From Rhodospirillales bacterium (lineage in GTDB: Bacteria; Pseudomonadota; Alphaproteobacteria; Rhodospirillales; SHVU01), in assembly GCA_009691105.1 (NCBI GenBank), contig SHVU01000002.1, positions 24,492 to 88,491 of the forward strand: a stretch of DNA of 64,000 nucleotides. The letters are read 5' to 3'. A model generated the notes under the pieces. That model worked only from the letters and a program-made list of their open reading frames with translations. It had not been told where the DNA came from and searched no databases. Positions within the stretch are counted from its first letter, which is position 1; the number at the start of each line of letters is the position of its first letter. Below are positions 23,812 to 31,677 of this stretch, one piece after another. Made by a program: the position numbers and the translations under genes.

Positions 23812-24054
23812 ATGGATTGGCCGATGGGGATTGCCGTCTATGCCGTCATTTGGTGGATGACGATCTTTATCGTTCTGCCCTGGGGAATCCGGCCGATCGA
23901 CGACGCCGACGTCGCCAAGGGCCAATCGGCCGGCGCTCCGGAAAAGCCGCGCCTGTTGGCCAAGATGGCCGCCAACACCGTCCTCGCCGGCGTGGTCTGG
24001 GGCGTCATCTATTGGATTTCCGAAGCCGGCCTCATCGCGATTGTCGCGCCATAG
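23812..24054 (+). CDS. Small membrane protein, DUF1467-like
   Basis: MDWPMGIAVYAVIWWMTIFIVLPWGIRP...: two TM helices, as in the alphaproteobacterial DUF1467 family as I recall it. AAGGAAAGG is better spaced for ATG 23812 than for the track's GTG 23803. Confidence 0.7.
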   Translation: MDWPMGIAVYAVIWWMTIFIVLPWGIRPIDDADVAKGQSAGAPEKPRLLAKMAANTVLAGVVWGVIYWISEAGLIAIVAP

Positions 24055-24063
24055 GGCAGGGCG

Positions 24064-24630
24064 ATGAGCGGCTATTGCGACGCGGCGCCCGGCCATCCGA
24101 TCCACGGCCCGTATCACGACACCGAATACGGTTTTCCGCTGACCGACGAAGCACAGTTGTTCGACCGGATGTCGTTGGAGATCTTTCAGGCCGGGCTGTC
24201 GTGGCTCATCATTCTTAGAAAACGACCGACGATGGTCCGCGCCTTCGACGGCTTTGTCGTCGATACCGTCGCCGCCTATCGCAAGCGCGACATCGAGCGG
24301 CTCTTGAAGGATGAAGGCATCATCCGGAATCGCCGCAAGGTCGAGGCGATCATCGAAAACGCCAAACGGATCGAGGCGCTACGCGCCAGTCATGGCGGAC
24401 TTGCCAAATGGATCGCCAAGAATCACCCACTCGATCGCGACGCGTGGGTGAAGCTCTTTCGCAAAACCTTCGTCTTCATGGGCGGTGAAGTCGTCGGCGA
24501 ATTTTTGATGAGCGTCGGCTATCTGCCGGGCGCCCATCGCGATACCTGTCCGACCTGGAAGAAGATCGCGCGGCTCAATCCGCCGTGGATGGGCCAGAAA
24601 AAACGTAAAGGCGGGTCCCGGAAAAAATAA
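24064..24630 (+). CDS. tag: DNA-3-methyladenine glycosylase I
   Basis: YHDTEYGFP, LSLEIFQAGLSWLIIL, and C-terminal zinc-site-like ...YLPGAHRDTCPTW. 188 aa with an extra basic tail GQKKRKGGSRKK. Confidence 0.88.
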   Translation: MSGYCDAAPGHPIHGPYHDTEYGFPLTDEAQLFDRMSLEIFQAGLSWLIILRKRPTMVRAFDGFVVDTVAAYRKRDIERLLKDEGIIRNRRKVEAIIENAKRIEALRASHGGLAKWIAKNHPLDRDAWVKLFRKTFVFMGGEVVGEFLMSVGYLPGAHRDTCPTWKKIARLNPPWMGQKKRKGGSRKK

Positions 24631-24655
24631 AAGGCAAGATCTTGCGATCCTGCCT
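24617..24655 (-). terminator. Intrinsic terminator oriented for the minus strand (orphan)
   Basis: Minus-sense RNA reads AGGCAGGATC GCAA GATCTTGCCT then TTTATTTTTT: a 10-bp stem (one G.U), GNRA tetraloop and U-tract. In plus sense the same stem has an A.C mismatch and no U-tract. Confidence 0.5.
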
Positions 24656-24939
24656 GAGGAAGGTGGTTGGTCCACCGCAATTAAAGCGCATGAGAGTCCG
24701 CGCCTGAGTGCTAGTTGTCCTCCCGTGAACTCGGGCCAGTCGAAACCCTTATTCCGTATTTGGACACGATCAGACTACCGTAACAGGCAAATGACGTCAC
24801 TATGTTTTACGAGAGCGTTAAATTTGAAATATTCTTGCTCAAAGAACGCAAATTGCCGGTAACGCCATCCACAAGGAATTTCACGGGTAGTGCTTTATTA
24901 ATTAGAACCGATCTACTGTAAGGCGTGGAGATCGGGACC

Positions 24940-25356
24940 ATGAAACTAGGAATTTTGACCATGATCTTGGCTCTGGGCCTCACTACTGAGGCCCTTGCCG
25001 ACCCACAAAGCGAACTCCGCGTGACGCGGCATGACTGCTCGGCGATCACGGTGTATGTGCCGAGCGCCGATGTCGAATACCGCCATGGTGTCGACGTTCG
25101 CGGCTGCCCCGTCGCTCCCGCCGATCTGGCGTGCAGCCCGACCATTCGATTGCCCGACGAGATCGCCATCGATGTCTGGTTCAACCTTGCCGCGAAGTAC
25201 GGGATCGGGGCCGGTGGTCGATTTGTCGGCGACGCTGTTCTCGGCCGGATCACCGTCCAGCAGTGGCGGGTCTATTGGAACGATCAACTGCTCGTAGATC
25301 CCGAACAGCATGCCATCGCGGAAGCCTGCCGCAAGCGCTACGAGAGCCGCAAATAG
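24940..25356 (+). CDS. Exported protein of unknown function (signal peptide, 4 Cys)
   Basis: MKLGILTMILALGLTTEALA|DPQ... is a Sec signal peptide with A-x-A cleavage context. GGAG lies 9 nt before ATG 24940. High GC3 throughout, unlike the AT-rich upstream gap. I recognise no family. Confidence 0.75.
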   Translation: MKLGILTMILALGLTTEALADPQSELRVTRHDCSAITVYVPSADVEYRHGVDVRGCPVAPADLACSPTIRLPDEIAIDVWFNLAAKYGIGAGGRFVGDAVLGRITVQQWRVYWNDQLLVDPEQHAIAEACRKRYESRK

Positions 25357-25429
25357 CCGGCGTTGATGCAGTGCGGGGCTTCCCGTAAAGTCCGGGCCGA
25401 TTCCAGTCACGATAGCGAGCGCGGGAGCA

Positions 25430-26743
25430 ATGCGACTCAGCCAATATTTTCTTCCCATCCTTAAGGAAACGCCGGCCGAGGCGCAGATCGTCTCGCACCG
25501 CTACATGCTGCGGGCCGGCTTAGTCCGACAGGCCAGCGCCGGAATCTATTCGTGGCTGCCGCTCGGCTTTAGGGTTCTGAAAAACATCGAGGCGATCGTC
25601 CGCGATGAGCAGAACCGGGCGGGAGCGCAAGAACTTCTGATGCCGACGATCCAGCCCGCCGAGCTATGGCGCGAAAGCGGCCGCTACGACGACTACGGCA
25701 AGGAGATGCTGCGCATCACCGACCGCCACGACCGGGACATGCTGTTCGGCCCGACCAACGAAGAGCTGATCACCGATATCTCTCGCACGTCGATCCGCAG
25801 CTACCGCCAGCTGCCGAAGATGCTCTACCACATCCAATGGAAGTTCCGGGACGAGGTCCGTCCTCGGTTCGGCGTCATGCGCGGCCGCGAATTCCTGATG
25901 AAGGACACCTATTCCTTCGACGTCGATTTCGCCGGCGCGAAGCGGTCCTACAACAAGATGTTCGTCGCCTATTTGCGGACCTTTGCGCGGCTTGGCTTGA
26001 AAGCCATTCCGATGGTCGCCGAAAGCGGCCCCATCGGCGGCGACATGAGCCACGAGTTCATCGTCTTCGCAAAAACCGGCGAAAGCGAAGTGTTTTGCCA
26101 CCGCGACCTTCTGGAAATCGCGGTGCCAGGCGACGACGTAAATTACGAGGGCGATCTGCAACCGATCGTCGATCGCTGGACGGCACCCTACGCGACGACC
26201 GGCGACAAGCATGACCCCGAAAAGGGCAAAGCGCTTGGCGACGCGTTGGTCTCCGCCCGCGGCATTGAAGTCGGACACATCTTCTATTTCGGCTCAAAGT
26301 ATTCGAAGCCGATGAAAGCAACGGTCGTCGGGCCCGATGGCGAGGACGTCGCCATTGAGATGGGTTCCTACGGAATTGGCGTGTCGCGATTGGTTGGCGC
26401 CGTCATCGAAGCCTCCCACGACGATGCCGGAATCATTTGGCCCGACGCTGTCGCGCCCTTTGCGGTCGGTTTGATCAATCTCAAAGTGGATGATGCGGCC
26501 TGCACCCAGGTTTGCGACGACGTCTACGGTCGTTTGCGGGCGAAGGGCATTGCGGTCCTCTACGACGACCGCGACGACCGGGCCGGCGCCAAATTCGCAA
26601 CCATGGATCTGATCGGATTGCCGTGGCAGCTCGTCATCGGACCCCGCGGCATCAAGGCCGGACAGGTCGAGATCAAGCGCCGCGCCACCGGCGAACGCCA
26701 AGATCTCACGCTCGACGCCGCGCTCGCCCAGATCGCGGGATGA
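25430..26743 (+). CDS. proS: Proline--tRNA ligase (short form without a large editing insertion)
   Basis: 437 aa. Class II motifs ...[25 protein letters not shown]..., ...[15 protein letters not shown].... Length matches the short alphaproteobacterial ProRS type. Confidence 0.93.
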   Translation: MRLSQYFLPILKETPAEAQIVSHRYMLRAGLVRQASAGIYSWLPLGFRVLKNIEAIVRDEQNRAGAQELLMPTIQPAELWRESGRYDDYGKEMLRITDRHDRDMLFGPTNEELITDISRTSIRSYRQLPKMLYHIQWKFRDEVRPRFGVMRGREFLMKDTYSFDVDFAGAKRSYNKMFVAYLRTFARLGLKAIPMVAESGPIGGDMSHEFIVFAKTGESEVFCHRDLLEIAVPGDDVNYEGDLQPIVDRWTAPYATTGDKHDPEKGKALGDALVSARGIEVGHIFYFGSKYSKPMKATVVGPDGEDVAIEMGSYGIGVSRLVGAVIEASHDDAGIIWPDAVAPFAVGLINLKVDDAACTQVCDDVYGRLRAKGIAVLYDDRDDRAGAKFATMDLIGLPWQLVIGPRGIKAGQVEIKRRATGERQDLTLDAALAQIAG

Positions 26744-26769
26744 CCACCGCCGTCGCGGAGACTTAAGGG

Positions 26770-28014
26770 ATGTTCAGAGCCTTTGAATGGATGGTGGCCA
26801 TGCGCTATTTGCGAGCGCGCCGCCAAGAAGGTTTCATTTCCGTCATCGCGTGGTTTTCGCTGCTGGGCATCGCGCTCGGCGTCGCGACGCTCATCATCGT
26901 CATGTCCGTGATGAATGGATTTCGCCATGAACTTCTCGGCCGTATCCTGGGATTGAACGGCCACCTCAGCGTCTACGGCACGTCGGGCGTGCTCACCGAT
27001 TTCGACGCCATGGCCGAGACGGTCCGGAAGATTCCTGGCGTCGTCTCCGTCACGCCGATCATCGAAGGCCAAGTCATGGTGACGTCGCCGGCAGCGGCGC
27101 GCGGCGCCATGGTTCGTGGCGTTCGGCCCGAAGACATCCGACGCCGCGCCATCATCGCCGACAATATTGTCGCCGGCACGTTGGACGATTTCGGCGGGCA
27201 AGACACGGTGTTGATCGGCTCGCGCCTCGCACAACATTTGGGGCTCGGCGTCGGCGACTCGATCACGGTCATTTCCCCGCGCGGCAACGTCACCGCTTTT
27301 GGAACCGTTCCCAGGCTTCGCGCCTATCGGATCGCGGCCCTGTTCCAGATCGGGATGTACGAGTACGACTCAAGCTTCCTCTTCATGCCGATGGGCGCGG
27401 CCCAGGTGTATTTCCAACTCGCCGGAGCCGTCTCCAACCTAGAAGTAATGGTCGATCATCCCGACCGTGCCCCGGCCCGGGGGCGGGCGATTTCGGCCGC
27501 CTTGGAAGGGCGAGGCCGCATCCACGATTGGCAGCAGGCCAACGCCAGCTTCTTCAATGCGGTTCAGGTCGAACGCAACGTGATGTTCCTGATCCTGACG
27601 CTGATCATCCTGGTCGCCGCCTTCAACATCATCTCCAGCCTGATCATGCTCGTGAAGGACAAGGGACGCGACATTGCGATCCTCCGGACCATGGGCGCGA
27701 CCCGCGGTATGATCATGCGCATCTTTCTGATCGCCGGCGCCAGCGTCGGAATCATTGGCACTATTGCCGGTTTCGCGCTCGGCACGACCTTTGCCGCGAA
27801 TATCGAAACCATCCGCCAATGGATTCAGGGTCTCACCGGGACCGAGTTGTTCGCGGCGGAAATCTATTTCCTGTCGCGACTGCCCGCGGTCATCGATCCG
27901 ATGGAAGTCGTGACCGTCGTTGCCATGGGCCTGTCGCTGTCGTTCCTGGCGACGCTGTATCCGTCGTGGCGTGCGGCGCGGACCGACCCGGCCGAGGCGC
28001 TGCGCTATGAGTAA
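26770..28014 (+). CDS. lolC: Lipoprotein-releasing system transmembrane subunit (LolC/E family, single copy)
   Basis: 414 aa. [34 protein letters not shown]..., periplasmic domain, then a C-terminal FtsX-type three-helix bundle. Followed by lolD with an 8-nt overlap. Confidence 0.88.
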   Translation: MFRAFEWMVAMRYLRARRQEGFISVIAWFSLLGIALGVATLIIVMSVMNGFRHELLGRILGLNGHLSVYGTSGVLTDFDAMAETVRKIPGVVSVTPIIEGQVMVTSPAAARGAMVRGVRPEDIRRRAIIADNIVAGTLDDFGGQDTVLIGSRLAQHLGLGVGDSITVISPRGNVTAFGTVPRLRAYRIAALFQIGMYEYDSSFLFMPMGAAQVYFQLAGAVSNLEVMVDHPDRAPARGRAISAALEGRGRIHDWQQANASFFNAVQVERNVMFLILTLIILVAAFNIISSLIMLVKDKGRDIAILRTMGATRGMIMRIFLIAGASVGIIGTIAGFALGTTFAANIETIRQWIQGLTGTELFAAEIYFLSRLPAVIDPMEVVTVVAMGLSLSFLATLYPSWRAARTDPAEALRYE

Positions 28015-28702
28015 GGCGTCCGGCGCGCCTGCGGTCCTGACGCTGGCCGGCGTTGCCCGCAACTTCCCGCAAGGCCGCGACGTCTTGCACGTCCTGCGCG
28101 GGGTCGATCTCACCATCCGCGAGGGCGAGATCGTCGCCCTGGTTGGGCCGTCTGGATCGGGAAAATCCACGCTGCTGCATATCGCCGGGCTTCTCGAAAA
28201 ACCCAACGAAGGAACCGTCACGATCGCCGGCGAGGTCGGTCAGAACCTGGATGACAACGGCCGCACCCGCATTCGCCGCGAAGCGATCGGCTTCGTCTAC
28301 CAGTATCACCACCTCTTGCCGGAATTTTCGGCCGTCGAGAACGTGGTCATTCCGCAAATCATCTCGGGCCTGGGACGACCGCAAGCCCGTGAGCGGGCCG
28401 AACAACTCCTCGAATTGCTCGGTCTCAAAGCGCGCGCCGGGCACCGCCCCGGCAAACTCTCAGGCGGAGAGCAACAGCGCGTCGCCATCGCCCGGGCCTT
28501 GGCCAATGCACCGAAGCTGCTCCTGGCCGACGAGCCGACGGGCAATCTTGATCCCGAGACCGCCGGAACGGTCTTCGCCGTGCTTCTCGATCTGGTCCGC
28601 AAAGCGGGGTTGGCGGCTCTCGTCGCCACGCACAATCCCGAGCTGGCGTCGCGCATGGACCGTACCGTTCGCCTCGAAGGCGGGCGCCTCATCGAGGCTT
28701 AA
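28007..28702 (+). CDS. lolD: Lipoprotein-releasing system ATP-binding protein
   Basis: Walker [10 protein letters not shown], signature [15 protein letters not shown], Walker [13 protein letters not shown]. Start ATG 28007 lies inside the longer track ORF. Confidence 0.9.
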   Translation: MSKASGAPAVLTLAGVARNFPQGRDVLHVLRGVDLTIREGEIVALVGPSGSGKSTLLHIAGLLEKPNEGTVTIAGEVGQNLDDNGRTRIRREAIGFVYQYHHLLPEFSAVENVVIPQIISGLGRPQARERAEQLLELLGLKARAGHRPGKLSGGEQQRVAIARALANAPKLLLADEPTGNLDPETAGTVFAVLLDLVRKAGLAALVATHNPELASRMDRTVRLEGGRLIEA

Positions 28703-28703
28703 A

Positions 28704-28726
28704 TTCGGCGGCGGATTGCTGCCGAA
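28704..28726 (+). terminator. Hairpin immediately after lolD
   Basis: TTCGGCGGC ggatt GCTGCCGAA: 9-bp stem with one G.T pair. No clear U-tract. Confidence 0.35.
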
Positions 28727-28806
28727 GAGGGTTGGTTAGCGGCCCCTCCTTGGGCTAGCATCGACGCCACAGCGTCCCCATTCCACGCGCATCAGGAGCG
28801 AAAGCG

Positions 28807-29502
28807 ATGTTGGTCCTTAGCGGCCGTGAAGTTCTCACGGAAATGTCGGAAATCGTCGATCCCGCCCACACGGCCCTCGTCTTGATCGACTTGACGATCG
28901 ACGACTGCGGCCAAGGCGGTTTCTTCGCCAATCAAGGCCGCGACATGTCGCTGATCGACAACGCCCTGCGCAATTCCAAACGTATTCTCGAAGCGGCCCG
29001 CCAACTCGGCGTGCTCCGCATCCACGTCGATACGCCGTGGTGGCCGAACCACAAGAACATCTCCGGTCCTTGGCTCCGCTTCATGATCACCAAGCGCAAG
29101 ATGGACCCGACCCAAGAGGGCTGCATGGTGGCCGGCACGAAGGGCGTCGAGTTCATGCCCGACTTCAAGCCGCGCCCCGACGAGTTGATCGTCTCGAAGT
29201 GGCGGTCGTCGAGCTTCACGGGCACGAACCTCGACATGGTTCTGCGCGTCAACAACATCAAGACGTTGATGTGCATCGGCGTCACCACTGAAGGCTGTAT
29301 CGAATCGACGGCCCGCGACTCGGTGTTCCACGACTACTACACCGTGGTCCTCGAAGATTGCGTCGGCACCTACGACCGCGATTTGCACGAAGCGTCGCTC
29401 AAGGTTCAGCGCAGCCGCGTCGACGTCGTCCATTCGGACGAAGTCATGAAGATCTGGTCCGGCAAGGCCGGCGCCAAGCCGCGTCGCGTGGCGGCCGAAT
29501 AA
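28807..29502 (+). CDS. Isochorismatase-family cysteine hydrolase
   Basis: 231 aa. TALVLIDLTIDD (Asp), ...IVSKWRSSSF (Lys), ...LMCIGVTTEGCIESTARD (Cys) match the D-K-C triad layout of this fold. AGGAG lies 8 nt before the ATG. Confidence 0.8.
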   Translation: MLVLSGREVLTEMSEIVDPAHTALVLIDLTIDDCGQGGFFANQGRDMSLIDNALRNSKRILEAARQLGVLRIHVDTPWWPNHKNISGPWLRFMITKRKMDPTQEGCMVAGTKGVEFMPDFKPRPDELIVSKWRSSSFTGTNLDMVLRVNNIKTLMCIGVTTEGCIESTARDSVFHDYYTVVLEDCVGTYDRDLHEASLKVQRSRVDVVHSDEVMKIWSGKAGAKPRRVAAE

Positions 29503-29534
29503 CCAACCGAACGACGACGTAGGGGGAGAGCCAC

Positions 29535-30800
29535 GTGGCCGATACCATTCTGAAGAACTTCGGGTTGCTGGATGTGGAGAAGGGGAAGCTCCTCTCCGGC
29601 TACCAGGTTTTGATCCAAGGCAAAGAGATTGCCCGCGTCGAGAAGGGGCAAATCCGCGCTTCCGGCGCCAAGACCATCGATCTCGGCGGGCGGACGCTCA
29701 TGCCCGGCTTGATCGACTGCCACGTCCATATCCTGTTCGTCGCCAACCATGCCGGGATGACCAGCGTCCAGACCGGCATCATCGTTCCGCCCAGCATGTT
29801 GCCATCGCTGACGACGGCCTATGTCGCGGAACTGTTGCGGGGTCTCATCCGTCGCGGCTTCACGACGGTGCGCGACACCGGTGGCGCCGACCTTGGCCAC
29901 AAGATGGCCGTCGAGCGCGGCTTGTTCGAAGGCCCGCGTCTGTTTGTCTCCGGCCGTGCGGTCAGTCAGACCGGCGGTCACGGCGACGGACGCAATCGGG
30001 CCGAGTTGCAGGAGCCCTGCGAATGCTGGCGTCTGGACGGCAACATTGCCCGTCTTGCCGACGGCGTTCCTGAGGTTCGCAAGGCCGTGCGCGATGAAAT
30101 TCGCCTCGGCGCCGATCAGATCAAGATGATGGCCGGTGGTGGCGTCGGCTCGGCCGCCGATCCGATCGACCAACTCCAGTATTCGATGGAAGAAATGAAG
30201 GCCATCGTCGACGAGGCCTCACGCTCGCACACGTATGTGCTGGCCCATGCCTATACGGCCGATGCCATTCGGCGTTGCGTCACGGCCGGCGTCCGCACCA
30301 TCGAGCACGGCAACCTGATTGACGACGACGCGGCGCGGAAGATGGGGAAGGCCGGGATGTTCCTGGTCCCGACCCTGGTCACCTATCACGTCATGCGTCG
30401 CGAAGGGAAAAAGCTCGGCCTCGCGCCCGAAATGATGGCCAAGAACGCCTACGTCATCGACGGCGGGGCGCGGTCGCTGGAACTCGCCAAGCGCTACGGC
30501 GTCAAGACGGCGTTCGGCAGCGACCTGTTCCACAGCCCCGACGTCCACCAATCGGAAGAGTTCGCGATCCGGGCCGAAGTGCTGACCAACGCCGAAGTCA
30601 TCCGCAGCGCCACCTCCATCGGCGCCGAAGTCGTGCGCATGAATGGCAAGCTCGGCGTCATCAAGCGGGGCGCCTTCGCCGACCTGTTGGCGGTCGACGG
30701 TGATCCGCTGCGCGACATCCGGCTGCTCACCGGTCAGGGCGAGCGGCTAGCGATGATCATGAAAGAAGGTCGGATCGTTAAGAACGCGCTCGGCCGTTAA
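29535..30800 (+). CDS. Metal-dependent amidohydrolase-superfamily protein
   Basis: 421 aa. ...LMPGLIDCHVHI... (HxH), ...HAYT..., ...TIEHGNLID..., ...AFGSDL... are typical metal-ligand positions. GGGGGAGAG precedes GTG 29535. 32 nt downstream of the cysteine hydrolase gene. Confidence 0.8.
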   Translation: MADTILKNFGLLDVEKGKLLSGYQVLIQGKEIARVEKGQIRASGAKTIDLGGRTLMPGLIDCHVHILFVANHAGMTSVQTGIIVPPSMLPSLTTAYVAELLRGLIRRGFTTVRDTGGADLGHKMAVERGLFEGPRLFVSGRAVSQTGGHGDGRNRAELQEPCECWRLDGNIARLADGVPEVRKAVRDEIRLGADQIKMMAGGGVGSAADPIDQLQYSMEEMKAIVDEASRSHTYVLAHAYTADAIRRCVTAGVRTIEHGNLIDDDAARKMGKAGMFLVPTLVTYHVMRREGKKLGLAPEMMAKNAYVIDGGARSLELAKRYGVKTAFGSDLFHSPDVHQSEEFAIRAEVLTNAEVIRSATSIGAEVVRMNGKLGVIKRGAFADLLAVDGDPLRDIRLLTGQGERLAMIMKEGRIVKNALGR

Positions 30801-31340
30801 GCGGCGGAGACCAGTTTGGCCGGCTTCGCGTCCATGTTGACGGGGCCGGAGCGGGCGCCAGCTTTCGATGCCGTCGACCCAGCGCGGCGGCACCACCGAC
30901 GCATAAGCCTCGAGATGCGGCAGGATCTCGGCCATGAAGCGCTCTTCGATGGCGCCGACTTGGCCTTCCCACTGGCTCGCTCCCCACTGGCAATAGCGAA
31001 GGTGGACGATCCAGGTCAGGCGGCCGTCGATCTTGGCGACATCGAAGGGATAGAAGCGGCAATCCATCGGCCGCTGGTCATAGATCGTGCACTGCTTGGC
31101 GTCGTTCAAGAAGGTGCAGCGCCCGTCGGCCTTGGCGAGGATGTAATTCAGGATGTGCTCGCCGTCGGCCACGGTGACCGAGAAGTCCGCCGTGGGGCGG
31201 CCGGTCGAGGACGCGATCCGGGCTTTCTCTTTCGGCGTCAAAAATGCGCCGCGACCAATGAGGCTCTCTGTACCAAGCCGCGTACAGCAGCCGGTGGTCT
31301 GGCAGAGTTGACAAGCCGAAAAGGAACAGCTTGGGTCCAT
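30747..31340 (-). CDS. YkgJ/UPF0153-type CxxCxxCC zinc/iron-chelating protein
   Basis: From ATG 31340: MDPSCSFSACQLCQTTGCCT...DGRCTFLNDAKQCTIYDQRPMDCRFYP, the cysteine pattern of the YkgJ family. Only the C-terminal 197 aa of track ORF 30747..31841 look like protein. The 3' end overlaps the amidohydrolase gene by 54 nt. Confidence 0.65.
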   Translation of the reverse strand: MDPSCSFSACQLCQTTGCCTRLGTESLIGRGAFLTPKEKARIASSTGRPTADFSVTVADGEHILNYILAKADGRCTFLNDAKQCTIYDQRPMDCRFYPFDVAKIDGRLTWIVHLRYCQWGASQWEGQVGAIEERFMAEILPHLEAYASVVPPRWVDGIESWRPLRPRQHGREAGQTGLRRLTAERVLNDPTFFHDHR

Positions 31341-31517
31341 CGAGGAGCGGGGGGCGGGCCTTCGATAATTTCTTGGGAAAGCGACCGGGATGCCGTCCGG
31401 TTTTCGACGTGATCGATGGGCGAAGCGTATCGTCGGGCCGAGAACGCCGACAAGGATTATTTGAACGCGACGACGACGGGCCTGTGGACAACGTTCAACA
31501 CCGCGCCGCGCCTGGAC

Positions 31518-31601
31518 CGAATCGGGGTAGGGGAGAGCTAGCGAATCGATTCGAATCGTGGCGACATCGGCCGAGGCCGATCGAGAGAGGCTCCCGATTC
31601 G
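31518..31601. repeat. Cluster of five CGAATCG/CGATTCG (GANTC-containing) heptamers
   Basis: CGAATCG at 31518, 31542 and 31552; CGATTCG at 31547 and 31595. 31543-31557 reads GAATCGATTCGAATC. 31542-31553 is a perfect 12-nt palindrome. Lies in the divergent YkgJ/hss intergenic region. Confidence 0.6.
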
Positions 31602-31677
31602 CCGCCGGTCCTGATTAGGTTTCCGCGAGGACCGCAAAGTCGTCGAACCGTCACTCATTTTGCTTAAGGATCGCGTC

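Noticed and set aside
24865-24873. DnaA-box-like CCATCCACA in the AT-rich gap (possible origin element)
   Set aside because: It is a single 7/9 match with no cluster of boxes, no adjacent dnaA/dnaN/hemE-type origin context and no CtrA-type TTAA-N7-TTAA sites found by eye.
24807-25253. 148-aa minus-strand ORF that could be the gene served by the orphan terminator
   Set aside because: It is antisense to the signal-peptide ORF, has a Ser/Arg/Pro-rich composition and no SD, and ends about 150 nt before the terminator. The plus-strand ORF has the better coding signature.
31331-31618. 95-aa plus-strand ORF inside the YkgJ/hss intergenic region
   Set aside because: Arg/Gly-rich translation, no SD, and it overlaps the YkgJ start. 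It is more likely non-coding regulatory DNA.
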